64,000 nucleotides of DNA from Patescibacteria group bacterium (GTDB lineage: Bacteria > Patescibacteriota > Patescibacteriia > Magasanikbacterales > GWA2-37-8). The notes under the pieces were generated by a model, which was not told the DNA's origin, ran no database searches, and was given only the letters and a program-made list of their open reading frames with translations. The number at the start of each line of letters is the position of its first letter. The first letter of the stretch is position 1. The translations under genes were made by a program, and so were the position numbers. The stretch spans positions 1 through 64,000 of the forward strand of contig SCQK01000014.1 of the NCBI GenBank assembly GCA_004321885.1. The letters run 5' to 3'. Shown here in pieces: positions 40,961 through 49,432 of this stretch.

Positions 40961-42619
40961 ATGGTTATAGACTTCTATTCAATCCTGCCCCTCACCTGCG
41001 CTATCTTCGTTGCTTCATTCGGCCTTTTTATTTTAGTAAAAGATTTGCGCTCAAGAATGAACCAGTTGCTGTTTGGTTTTAGCATGAGCATGTTTTTCTG
41101 GATGTTTGGCACGTTTATGATGTTCGCGACAAGAGGCGATCTGGCCGCTTCTGTTTTTTGGGATCGTTTTGTTTACGCTGGGGTGGTTTTCATGCCGCCT
41201 TTCATGCATCACTTTAGCCTGCTTTTCACGAAAAAAATCGGTAAACAAAAATTTCTTTTATTTCTAAATTATTTTTTAGCTTTCGTTTTTCTTTTCGCTA
41301 GCAGGACAGAATATTTTGTTGATGGTCTTTATTATTATTCCTGGGGAGTTCATACGCAGGCCAGGATACTTCACCATTTATTTTTAGCGTGGTTTTTTTG
41401 GGGGACAGGTCTGTTCTTTGTGAACATGATGAATTTTTACCGGAAATCAGCCGATGCTTTGGCAAAATTGCAGACAAAATACGTGTTCGTGGCTTTTGGC
41501 TGTGTGATATTTGTCGGCGGCTCGGCCTATCTTTTTGCCTACGGCATAGATACGAAGTTTCCGTTTTCCTATGTTTCCGGCTTGGTATTTCCGATAATGC
41601 TTTTTTACACGGTGAGCAGGCACCATCTTTTAAACACTAAAGTCATTACGACTGAAGTATTGGTTGGTTTGACGGAATTTTTGCTCGTCATGCAGATATT
41701 TTTTTCCAAATCCGCGTTTGATATTTTTGTCAGGGTTGTTTTCTCCTTGATAGTGGCTTTGATAGGCGTGCTGTTGATACAATCGGTGCGTCGGGAAATA
41801 AAACGCCGCGAAGAAGTGGCCAGCCTGGCCTTCTCTCTGGAAAAAGCCAACATCCGCCTCAAAGAGCTGGACCAGCAAAAGACCGAGTTTCTTTCCATCG
41901 CCTCGCACCAGTTGCGCACCCCGCTCACCGTACTCAAGGGTTACGTTGAGTTGGTGATGGATGGCGCTTACGGCAAACCCACCGCCGGCATTAGAAAAGT
42001 GATGGGTGACATAGACACCAGCAATGAACACCTGGTGAAATTGATAGACGAGTTTTTGGATATTTCGCGCATAGAGCAGGGGCGCGCCAAATACAATTTT
42101 GTCGGCGCCGATATGGTCAAAATCGTGGGCGGCATTGTGAACGAACTGCAGGAAAAAGCCAAAGCCAAAAAATTGCGGCTGACCTGGGACCCGGACGGGG
42201 TGAAAGAAAAAATTTGCGTTGACGAGGAAAAAATCAGGCACGTTATCTTTAATTTTGTGGACAACGCCATCAAGTATTCGGACAAGGGAGCAATACAAGT
42301 ATTGCTGGAGCGCGATGACGGCGGCTTGACGGTGAGGGTGCGAGACAGCGGCATCGGTTTCGGCAAAATAGACGAGGCCAGCTTTTTTCAAAAATTTTAT
42401 CGCGGCGAAAACGTGAAAGCTAAAAACGTTACCGGCACCGGCCTGGGCCTCTATGTTTGTCGCAAGTTCATAGAAGCGCACGGCGGCCGCATTTGGGCCG
42501 CGAGCCAAGGGCTGGGCGCGGGTAGCGAGTTCGGGTTCTGGGTTCCGAACAAACGAAAACCCGAAGCACCCGGTCTTAATCCGCAAAATGTAAATGTCAG
42601 TTGCGGTGTCGGCCGGTAG
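40961..42619 (+). CDS. Sensor histidine kinase with a polytopic N-terminal membrane domain
   Basis: H-box LSIASHQLRTPLT and HATPase_c G-box GTGLGLYVCRKFIEAHGG; ~7 predicted TM helices; no response regulator adjacent. Confidence 0.8.
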   Translation: MVIDFYSILPLTCAIFVASFGLFILVKDLRSRMNQLLFGFSMSMFFWMFGTFMMFATRGDLAASVFWDRFVYAGVVFMPPFMHHFSLLFTKKIGKQKFLLFLNYFLAFVFLFASRTEYFVDGLYYYSWGVHTQARILHHLFLAWFFWGTGLFFVNMMNFYRKSADALAKLQTKYVFVAFGCVIFVGGSAYLFAYGIDTKFPFSYVSGLVFPIMLFYTVSRHHLLNTKVITTEVLVGLTEFLLVMQIFFSKSAFDIFVRVVFSLIVALIGVLLIQSVRREIKRREEVASLAFSLEKANIRLKELDQQKTEFLSIASHQLRTPLTVLKGYVELVMDGAYGKPTAGIRKVMGDIDTSNEHLVKLIDEFLDISRIEQGRAKYNFVGADMVKIVGGIVNELQEKAKAKKLRLTWDPDGVKEKICVDEEKIRHVIFNFVDNAIKYSDKGAIQVLLERDDGGLTVRVRDSGIGFGKIDEASFFQKFYRGENVKAKNVTGTGLGLYVCRKFIEAHGGRIWAASQGLGAGSEFGFWVPNKRKPEAPGLNPQNVNVSCGVGR

Positions 42620-42665
42620 AGCCCGTCCAGTAGCTTTTTTTCAAAAAATGTTGTAAAATATATTA

Positions 42666-42689
42666 GATTCCAGCGTTCGCTGGAATGAC
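42666..42689. repeat. Family B hairpin (inverse orientation): GATTCCAGCG-ttc-GCTGGAATGAC, overlapping the bactofilin start codon
   Basis: Its reverse complement GTCATTCCAGCGAACGCTGGAATC matches the consensus of the 62324 and 63209 copies; the ATG at 42685 lies in the 3' arm. Confidence 0.5.
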
Positions 42690-43179
42690 AAGTAAAAATA
42701 TTATGATTTTTCAAAGAACTCCCAAATATCAGGAAGCCGAGGAAAGTTTTCAAAACGAAGAGGCGGCCGCGGGCGCCGATAACGTGGAAACCGTGGTGGG
42801 GCCATCGGTAAACGTGGAGGGCGATTTTTCATCCGAGGGCAATATCGTGGTGAAAGGCACGGTGGCCGGCAGTGTGCACACCAGCAAGCATTTGTCCGTG
42901 GAAGAGGGCGCCAAGATAATGGCCAACGTCAAAGCCGGCAGCGCGCGCGTTGCGGGCGAGGTAAAGGGCAATATGAAAATAAAAGAAACTTTGGAGCTGA
43001 CCGCCTCGGCCCGGGTGCTGGGCGATATTGAGGTGAAGACCATACAGATAGAATCTGGCGCCTTGCTTTACGGGCGAATAATCATGCCCGGCCTGGAGGG
43101 AATGGAACCGAAAACTTCGCGTCAAAAATACACGACCCGCAAGAACGATTCCTTGCCGGCAGAGAGTTTGCTGAATTAA
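42685..43179 (+). CDS. Bactofilin-like (beta-helical cytoskeletal) protein
   Basis: Repetitive V/G-rich beta-strand repeats (NIVVKGTVAGSVHTSKHLSVEEGAKIMANVKAGSARVAGEVKGNMKI) typical of the bactofilin DUF583 core. Confidence 0.65.
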   Translation: MTSKNIMIFQRTPKYQEAEESFQNEEAAAGADNVETVVGPSVNVEGDFSSEGNIVVKGTVAGSVHTSKHLSVEEGAKIMANVKAGSARVAGEVKGNMKIKETLELTASARVLGDIEVKTIQIESGALLYGRIIMPGLEGMEPKTSRQKYTTRKNDSLPAESLLN

Positions 43180-43186
43180 AAAGTTT

Positions 43187-43228
43187 TTGGAATTTGGTCA
43201 TTGAATTTTGGGGCTTTTCAGTTTTATG
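43187..43228 (+). promoter_or_regulatory. Family C motif TTGGAATTTGGTCATTGAATTTTGG...TTTTATGTATGTTT upstream of and including the start of the DAGK-like gene
   Basis: TTGGTCATTG core and identical ATGTATGTTT start context. Confidence 0.4.
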
Positions 43229-43987
43229 TATGTTTACTTGTACGACAACTTTTTGCGCAAAGATAAATTTTCTTCCACAGTCAAAGCCATGGAAGTGCGG
43301 CTGACGGACTATGGCATTGCTGGCAAAATTTTGCGCCTGAACAATTATATAGACGCCAAGCAGGTGGTGGATGACGAAATCAAAAGAGGCGCCAAGACAG
43401 TGGTGATAGCGGGCAACGACGCCACTTTCGGCCAGATACTTTCGCGCAGCGCCACGTGCGACTGTATTTTCGGTTTTTTGCCGGTTGGCCCGGGCAACAC
43501 CATCGCCGAGGTTTTGGGCATCCCAGCCGGAGTAGAAGCCTGCGCAGTACTTTCGCGCCGCCTGAAAGAACGGCTGGACGTGGGCTGGGTAAACAGCCGT
43601 TATTTTGTCTCGCAATTGCACGTGCCGCCGGCCAAAATAGAAGTGATTTACGATGAAAAATTTAAGGTCTCCAGCGTTGATAAGATGGAAGTGGTAGTTT
43701 GCAATTTACAGCCGTATTTTTGGCAAGACGGCAAAAACGCGCCGCGCCGGGTGGTGCATCCGCAAGACGGCAAGTTAGAAGCCTTTTTGCGGCCGTTGAC
43801 AAAAAAGGGCTGGTGGGGGTATAAGTACGAGGAACCGAGCGTTTTTCCCTTTGAGGAAATGGAAATTGTGGGGCGCGAGGCCTTTGCCGTGCGGGCCGAC
43901 GGCAAGGTTTCCAAAGAAGTAAAGGTAAAAATCAAGCTGGCGCGCAACAAGGTGCGGATGATAGTGGGAAGGGAGAGAAAATTTTGA
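43226..43987 (+). CDS. Diacylglycerol-kinase-catalytic-domain-like lipid kinase (YegS/BmrU family), divergent
   Basis: VIAGNDATFGQIL (degenerate GGDGT) and LPVGPGNTIAEVLGIP (equivalent to PLGTGNDFAR). Confidence 0.5.
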   Translation: MYVYLYDNFLRKDKFSSTVKAMEVRLTDYGIAGKILRLNNYIDAKQVVDDEIKRGAKTVVIAGNDATFGQILSRSATCDCIFGFLPVGPGNTIAEVLGIPAGVEACAVLSRRLKERLDVGWVNSRYFVSQLHVPPAKIEVIYDEKFKVSSVDKMEVVVCNLQPYFWQDGKNAPRRVVHPQDGKLEAFLRPLTKKGWWGYKYEEPSVFPFEEMEIVGREAFAVRADGKVSKEVKVKIKLARNKVRMIVGRERKF

Positions 43988-43996
43988 AATAGAGAA

Positions 43997-44083
43997 GCCC
44001 GGGTGGCGAAACTGGAAGACGCATATCCTTGAGGTGGATACGGCCGCAAGGCCTTGGAGGTTCGAGTCCTCTCCCGGGCACCA
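43997..44083 (+). tRNA. tRNA-Leu (anticodon GAG), class II with long variable arm, CCA encoded
   Basis: Acceptor stem GCCCGGG/CCCGGGC, anticodon stem TATCC/GGATA with loop TTGAGGT, variable arm CGGCCGCAAGGCCTTG, T-arm GGAGGTTCGAGTCCTCT, and 3' ACCA. Confidence 0.85.
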
Positions 44084-44092
44084 AATAAACTT

Positions 44093-44335
44093 ATGCGCAT
44101 CATTATTGGCATCATCATGGCGCTCGCGGGCGTGCTCGTGATAATAAAATCCGAGTGGTTTATCGCGAACTTCGGCGCCAGCGCCTGGGCCGAAGAAAAG
44201 CTGGGCACGAGCGGCGGCACGCGCCTAATGTACAAGCTGTTGGGGCTATCTTTTATTTTTATCGGCTTCCTTTTGATTACAAATTTAATCGGCGGATTTT
44301 TGATGGCGACAGTGGGCAGATTGTTTATCAGATAG
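44093..44335 (+). CDS. Small two-TM membrane protein, hypothetical
   Basis: MRIIIGIIMALAGVLVII...; the track start 44054 lies inside the tRNA, so the first ATG after the tRNA is used. Confidence 0.4.
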   Translation: MRIIIGIIMALAGVLVIIKSEWFIANFGASAWAEEKLGTSGGTRLMYKLLGLSFIFIGFLLITNLIGGFLMATVGRLFIR

Positions 44336-44339
44336 TAAT

Positions 44340-46337
44340 ATGATTCTGATAAAAAAAGACGACGAACTTGACATCGCGATAAGGAAAAGTCACAGTTACG
44401 CATTTTCAACGCCCCATAGCGGGTTGCATTTAATTGAAATCGTCGCGAAAGCCAATAGTTGGTGGCAAAATTTGAAAAGTTTTAAGTCATTTTTAAACGA
44501 CGATGATTTGGTGGTGAAAATAGATGAAACGGAATTTCCAAAATTAAGCGGCCGGAAGGGGTTATTCAATGGAGAGGCGGCGTGGAACGGCGACAACCTG
44601 AAAGGAAATCTAAAGACGGGAATATTTTTGGTTAGTTTGGCATCGGGCGCTCACGTGATAAATTTTTTCGCCGATCAAAAGCCGGTGTTAAAAGGTGTAA
44701 GAATTTATAAAATCGAGCAGGGAGAACCGTATGTGCCGGAAAAAAATAATCCGCCACAAGACGGAGACAGGCGGCAGTGGATGACAATCGCCCTGATTGA
44801 TTTGAGTTTGAAAAGTTTGTTTATCAGCGCTGTCGTTGGCGCTCATCAGAGAGATGACAGCGATATCAAGTTGATTGTTGACGGAAAAATTATACAAAAT
44901 GAGCAAAAAAATTCACACAAGAATTGGTTTTGGTGTGGTAATTTATCAAAAGGAGAACCAAGGGAACTCAACAAAGAGTTGAATCTGCCGAAAGGGTTGC
45001 ATTATGTGGAATTATGGGCGGACAAGACGCCAAAGTTATTGGAATTAAGAATCAATGTCGATAAAGATGATTCCAGAATTAAAGCCAAAATTATTTGGCA
45101 AACCGCCGCGTTAAGGAGAGAGCCAAATCAAAAGGCAGATACTGTAGCTGAGATTTCCGAAGGCAAACAAGTAATAATATTAGAAAAGGCGGTTTTGGGG
45201 AAAAGACCCGCGAACGTAAATGGCGTGTTACTTTCTTCCGACCGTTGGCACAAGGTTGAGTATGAAAACAATGTCGGGTATATTTATTCGGAGGCGGTAG
45301 AGATTGAGGGAGAGGATCCAAAAACGATTGAAAAATTTATTTTGAGCAAAGCCGAAGAAGTGGGAGCAGACGGATGCCTGATGGCGGCGATTGCCAAACG
45401 TGAATCGCATTTTTTCCCCTATGCGGTTTCCGGCGCTGACGCGAAGGGTTTGTTTCAAATGGTAAAAACGTCCCTGACCGATGTAAACGATATTTTTGAC
45501 AAAAAAATTGATAATCTTTTTAATATCGCGCAATCTACAGAAGCGGCAATTTTGTATTTTACAATAATTAGAGAAAGATATAAAAATAAGAACGATTTCC
45601 TTAGAAGATGCTTAGCCGCATGGAATTGGGGCAAAGGAAACGTTGATCCAGGTAATTCATTTTTAATGAAAAAATTGCCTGGCGAAACCCGGATATTTAT
45701 CAACGAGGTTCTAAAAAATTATAATGATTGCAAAAGTAGGTCTGTTTTAAAAGGAAAAATAAATTTATTATTCTTATTGATGAGCGGTTTTTTTATTTCC
45801 GCGATATTATTATCGTTTGCCATTTTTTTTGCTTTCGATGACAAAAATTATAAAGAGCCGCCGTCATATTATGGCGACAATTTTGTTTTAGCCGAGCATG
45901 AAATAGACGTGGATGGCGATGGAACAAAAGAAAAACTGGTCGTCATTAGAGACAAATTAAACTCAACATTTGGCATGACAAGAAACATTTTAGTGAGAAG
46001 TAACGGAAGGTTGCGTGAGTTGTCAAAAGAGGAGGGAAATTTTCTTTGGTGGAAGGTGGGCGATTTCAACGATAACGGCAAAGTTGATATCGCAATTCAT
46101 TATGGATATACCGGTAGCGGTGAGTTTGGAAAGTTTTATTTACAAGAGTGGAACGGAAAAGATTTTACGACTGTATTTATCAGAGAAGATGTTGACAATA
46201 AAGTAAATTTTGTTGATTTGAATCACGATGGAATGGAAGAGATTATTTATACTTATCGGCTGTCAAAGTGGAAGCCAGATAGGTATGATATTTATCAGTG
46301 GAATGCTTTTTCTTCCAAATTAATCCTATATAAGTAA
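44340..46337 (+). CDS. Membrane-anchored lytic transglycosylase (SLT domain), paralog of 14827..16674, with FG-GAP-like C-terminal repeats
   Basis: SLT region MAAIAKRESHFFPYAVSGADAKGLFQM; TM LLFLLMSGFFISAILLSFAIFFAF; C-terminal DVDGDG, DFNDNGKVD and DLNHDGMEE motifs; N-terminal domain shared with the paralog. Confidence 0.7.
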   Translation: MILIKKDDELDIAIRKSHSYAFSTPHSGLHLIEIVAKANSWWQNLKSFKSFLNDDDLVVKIDETEFPKLSGRKGLFNGEAAWNGDNLKGNLKTGIFLVSLASGAHVINFFADQKPVLKGVRIYKIEQGEPYVPEKNNPPQDGDRRQWMTIALIDLSLKSLFISAVVGAHQRDDSDIKLIVDGKIIQNEQKNSHKNWFWCGNLSKGEPRELNKELNLPKGLHYVELWADKTPKLLELRINVDKDDSRIKAKIIWQTAALRREPNQKADTVAEISEGKQVIILEKAVLGKRPANVNGVLLSSDRWHKVEYENNVGYIYSEAVEIEGEDPKTIEKFILSKAEEVGADGCLMAAIAKRESHFFPYAVSGADAKGLFQMVKTSLTDVNDIFDKKIDNLFNIAQSTEAAILYFTIIRERYKNKNDFLRRCLAAWNWGKGNVDPGNSFLMKKLPGETRIFINEVLKNYNDCKSRSVLKGKINLLFLLMSGFFISAILLSFAIFFAFDDKNYKEPPSYYGDNFVLAEHEIDVDGDGTKEKLVVIRDKLNSTFGMTRNILVRSNGRLRELSKEEGNFLWWKVGDFNDNGKVDIAIHYGYTGSGEFGKFYLQEWNGKDFTTVFIREDVDNKVNFVDLNHDGMEEIIYTYRLSKWKPDRYDIYQWNAFSSKLILYK

Positions 46338-46338
46338 T

Positions 46339-46887
46339 ATGTCTCACTCCGGCACGGCGCTTCTCAATCCATACAAGATTTTCGCGGACATCAAATTGGC
46401 CAAGGGCATGCGCGTGGCTGATTTGGGTTGCGGCCGCACCGGTCATTTTGTTTTTCCGGCGGCCAAGACCGTGGGCGACACCGGCATTGTTTATGGAGTG
46501 GACGTGATGAAGGATGTCCTGGAAAATATTAAGAGCACGGCGCGCGCCGAGGGTTGCGCCAACGTGCAAACTGTCTGGTCCGACCTGGAGCGCGCGGGCA
46601 AGACGCCTCTGCCTCCGGCCAGCGTGGATGCGTGTTTTTTCGTCAATGTTCTGTTCCAGGTAAAAGACAAACGTTCCGCCATTGCCGAAGCGGCCCGCTT
46701 GCTCAAAAAACAGGGCCATCTGGTGATAATTGACTGGCAAAAAAAATTGGGGATGTTGGGTCCCGCGCCAGGGCAAATGTTAATTATTGACACGCTCGTT
46801 GACTTGGCCGGCCAGAGCATGTTAAAATTGGCCAAACAATTTCAGGCCAGCGATTATCATTTCGGCTTAATTTTCGCAAAGGAATAA
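46339..46887 (+). CDS. Class I SAM-dependent methyltransferase
   Basis: Motif I VADLGCGRTG and motif post-I VYGVDV. Confidence 0.7.
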   Translation: MSHSGTALLNPYKIFADIKLAKGMRVADLGCGRTGHFVFPAAKTVGDTGIVYGVDVMKDVLENIKSTARAEGCANVQTVWSDLERAGKTPLPPASVDACFFVNVLFQVKDKRSAIAEAARLLKKQGHLVIIDWQKKLGMLGPAPGQMLIIDTLVDLAGQSMLKLAKQFQASDYHFGLIFAKE

Positions 46888-46893
46888 AACCTC

Positions 46894-46932
46894 GCCCCAC
46901 CCCTCTTAATCAAGGGGAGTGAGGGGGAGGAG
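46894..46932. repeat. Family A C/G palindromic element
   Basis: CGCCCCACCCCTC-ttaatcaa-GGGGAGTGAGGGGGAGGAG; a GGAGG lies 9 nt before the downstream ATG. Confidence 0.55.
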
Positions 46933-46939
46933 TAAAAAC

Positions 46940-47338
46940 ATGTCTTGGAAAAATTTATTTGATACTCATTATTGGTTCAGCCAGCCTTATATCGCGCATG
47001 GAAAAGCGCTGTGGTTGCTGGTGGGTTTGTGCCTACTACATATTGTAGTAGGCCTATTTTTACGGGCTTTTTCATACTACCAAAAAGATAAAGTCAACGC
47101 TTCTATTTGCAAACGTTTCAGTTCACTGCTCGCGACAACGGGCGTTTTGGGCGTAATCTGGCTGTTTTTACGTCAGGAGCGCATTCCTTTTTTGGCCTGG
47201 CGTTTTTGGCTGCTGATTTTGGCCGGCATATACGTCTGGTGGCTGTCGTCGGTTGTACGTTTTGCTGTAAAAAGAGCGCCGCAAATACGGCAGGAGCAAG
47301 AGCAGCGGGCGCGGTTGGGGAAGTATTTGCCTAATTAG
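46940..47338 (+). CDS. Membrane protein, hypothetical
   Basis: Three hydrophobic helices; a GGAGG from the upstream repeat element sits 9 nt before the ATG. Confidence 0.45.
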   Translation: MSWKNLFDTHYWFSQPYIAHGKALWLLVGLCLLHIVVGLFLRAFSYYQKDKVNASICKRFSSLLATTGVLGVIWLFLRQERIPFLAWRFWLLILAGIYVWWLSSVVRFAVKRAPQIRQEQEQRARLGKYLPN

Positions 47339-47340
47339 CT

Positions 47341-47697
47341 ATGCCGTCAAGAAATCAGAAACTGGGTCAGTGGGGAGAAGAGCAGGCCTGCGCTTTCCTG
47401 CGCCGAAACGGATTCAGAATCATTGAAAGAAATTTTCACGCCACGGTCGGAGAAATAGACGTCGTCGCCGCGCAGGGCGGCGATTATTATTTTATAGAAG
47501 TAAAGACGCGCGAGACACCGGAGATGGCCACGGATTTGGCGGTGACGGAGCTGAAAAAGCACAAGCTGGAGAAGACCATGCGCCATTATTGCTATCGCCG
47601 CGACATCAAAAATGTTTCGCTCATCATGGCCGGCTTGCTCGTGGAAATCAGGCGGCCGGAAAAGAAGCTGTTTTTTCGTTTTTGCGTGTATTATTGA
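47341..47697 (+). CDS. YraN-family (UPF0102) endonuclease
   Basis: LGQWGEEQACAFLRRNGFRIIERNFHATVGEIDVVA...YYFIEVKTR is the YraN signature. Confidence 0.75.
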   Translation: MPSRNQKLGQWGEEQACAFLRRNGFRIIERNFHATVGEIDVVAAQGGDYYFIEVKTRETPEMATDLAVTELKKHKLEKTMRHYCYRRDIKNVSLIMAGLLVEIRRPEKKLFFRFCVYY

Positions 47698-47753
47698 CGA
47701 AAAAAGTTTTTTCTGTTATGATGGCGTCAAATAATTAAAATAACTTTTTACGT

Positions 47754-48332
47754 ATGGATTTCAAAAAAGAAAAAACATTCGTGATGATAAAACCAGACGG
47801 CGTGAAGAAAGGTCTGATTGGAGAAATAATCGGACGTTTTGAACAGCGCGATTTGAAGGTAGTGGCTTTGGAGATGTTTCAGCCCACGACCGAGCAAATA
47901 GACGAACACTATCCAAAAGAGGAAGCCTGGATAAGGCGTCTGGGCCAAAAAACCTTGAGCACCTATGAAAAATACGGCCTTGACCCGATGAATGATTTGG
48001 GCACGGCCGATGATTTGGCCATCGGCCAAATGGTGCGCAAGTGGGTGATAGACTATATGACTTCGGCCCCGCTCGTGCGCCTGGTGGTGGAAGGCGTGCA
48101 CGCGGTGGATATGGTGCGCAAAATTTGCGGCGTCACTTTGCCGAACTTGGCTGACGCCGGCACTATCCGCGGCGATTACTCGGTGGATTCTCCGGCCGTG
48201 GCCAACATGGAAAAACGCGCGGTCATGAACCTGGTGCACGCGTCCGAAACCGCGGCCGAGGCCGAGCACGAGATAGGGCATTGGTTTGGGAGCAGGGAAG
48301 TGATATTTGACTACAAGAGATTTACCGACTAA
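47754..48332 (+). CDS. ndk: Nucleoside diphosphate kinase (long form with insertion)
   Basis: TFVMIKPDGVKKGLIGEIIGRFE...GTIRGDYS...H at the expected position; ~40 aa longer than canonical NDK. Confidence 0.75.
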   Translation: MDFKKEKTFVMIKPDGVKKGLIGEIIGRFEQRDLKVVALEMFQPTTEQIDEHYPKEEAWIRRLGQKTLSTYEKYGLDPMNDLGTADDLAIGQMVRKWVIDYMTSAPLVRLVVEGVHAVDMVRKICGVTLPNLADAGTIRGDYSVDSPAVANMEKRAVMNLVHASETAAEAEHEIGHWFGSREVIFDYKRFTD

Positions 48333-48337
48333 AAAAA

Positions 48338-48361
48338 CGGCGCCCAAAGCGCCGCTTTTTT
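48338..48361. terminator. Bidirectional-type intrinsic terminator (A7-CGGCGC-ccaaa-GCGCCG-T6) after ndk
   Basis: Perfect 6-bp GC stem flanked by an A-run and a T-run, 6 nt after the stop; a TATAAT at ~48384 then precedes gpsA. Confidence 0.7.
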
Positions 48362-48417
48362 AATTGAAAATAAATAAAGAAGAGAGTATAATGTTTTCAT
48401 AACAGTAACATACGGGT

Positions 48418-49419
48418 ATGCCAAAAAAAGCAAAAATCGCGGTGTTGGGGGCCGGCAATATGGGCACGGCCATGGCCCAGGTGCTGGCCAAAAATGGCCA
48501 TCAAGTGTATCTGTGGAATCACGAGGGCGACCGGGAGCCGCTGGAGCAGATAAAGCGCTGGCGCGAGAACAAAAAATATTCTCCTGGTATAAAGCTGTCG
48601 CCAAAGATTGTGCCGGAGAAAGATTTGCGCGCCGCGGTCGCGGACGCGGAAATTATTTTTTTCGCGGTGCCCAGCAATTTTATGTCGGCTGTGGTCAGGC
48701 GCTCTGTCGCGTTTTTAAAAAAAGACGCGGTTTGCGTGGATGTTTCCAAGGGCCTGGACGAAAAGACCATGACGATAATTCCCCGGGTCATGCAAGGTTG
48801 TTTGCCAAAAAATTTGAATGCCAAAGTGGTTTCTATTTCCGGCCCGGCCATTGCCAACGAGCTCGCCGCGGGCGGGTTCACGGCCATGAATATCGCGGGC
48901 GCGGACAAAGCGGCCGTGGCCAAAGTCAAGCGCGCCATGGAAAGCAAAAATTTGCGCCTGCGCGCCTGCGCGGATATTCTCGGCGTGGAAATCACCGGCT
49001 CTTTCAAGAATGTTTACGCCATTGCCATGGGCGTCTGCGACGGCCTGAAAATGCCGCTCAACACCAAGGCCGCTCTTTTGGTGCTGGCGCTTAAAGAAAT
49101 CGGCCGGCTGATAAAAAAGATGGGCGGCCGGGCCGAGACGGTTTACGATTTGGCGGGCCTGGGCGACGTGGTGGGCACGGGTTTGTCTTACATCAGCCGC
49201 AACCGCAGATTTGGAGAATATCTGGCGCGCGGCTTAGCGGCCAAAAGCGCCCTCAAAAAAGTGGGCCAGACGGTTGAAGGCCTGGGCGCCAGCCGGGCTT
49301 TGATTTGTTTGGCCGGAAAATACCGGTTGAAAATGCCTTTTGCCGAGACAATTTTTCAAATTACCGAGGGCAAGGCGAAAGCGAAAGCGGCAATGGCAAA
49401 ACTGCTGGCGCATTATTGA
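48418..49419 (+). CDS. gpsA: NAD(P)H-dependent glycerol-3-phosphate dehydrogenase
   Basis: KIAVLGAGNMGTAMAQVLA N-terminal Rossmann motif and a GpsA-like C-terminal domain. Confidence 0.85.
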   Translation: MPKKAKIAVLGAGNMGTAMAQVLAKNGHQVYLWNHEGDREPLEQIKRWRENKKYSPGIKLSPKIVPEKDLRAAVADAEIIFFAVPSNFMSAVVRRSVAFLKKDAVCVDVSKGLDEKTMTIIPRVMQGCLPKNLNAKVVSISGPAIANELAAGGFTAMNIAGADKAAVAKVKRAMESKNLRLRACADILGVEITGSFKNVYAIAMGVCDGLKMPLNTKAALLVLALKEIGRLIKKMGGRAETVYDLAGLGDVVGTGLSYISRNRRFGEYLARGLAAKSALKKVGQTVEGLGASRALICLAGKYRLKMPFAETIFQITEGKAKAKAAMAKLLAHY

Positions 49420-49432
49420 AAACGTTAAAGCT

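Noticed and set aside
44054-44092. N-terminal part of ORF 44054..44335
   Set aside because: It overlaps the T-arm and acceptor 3' end of tRNA-Leu(GAG); the coding start was moved to the ATG at 44093.
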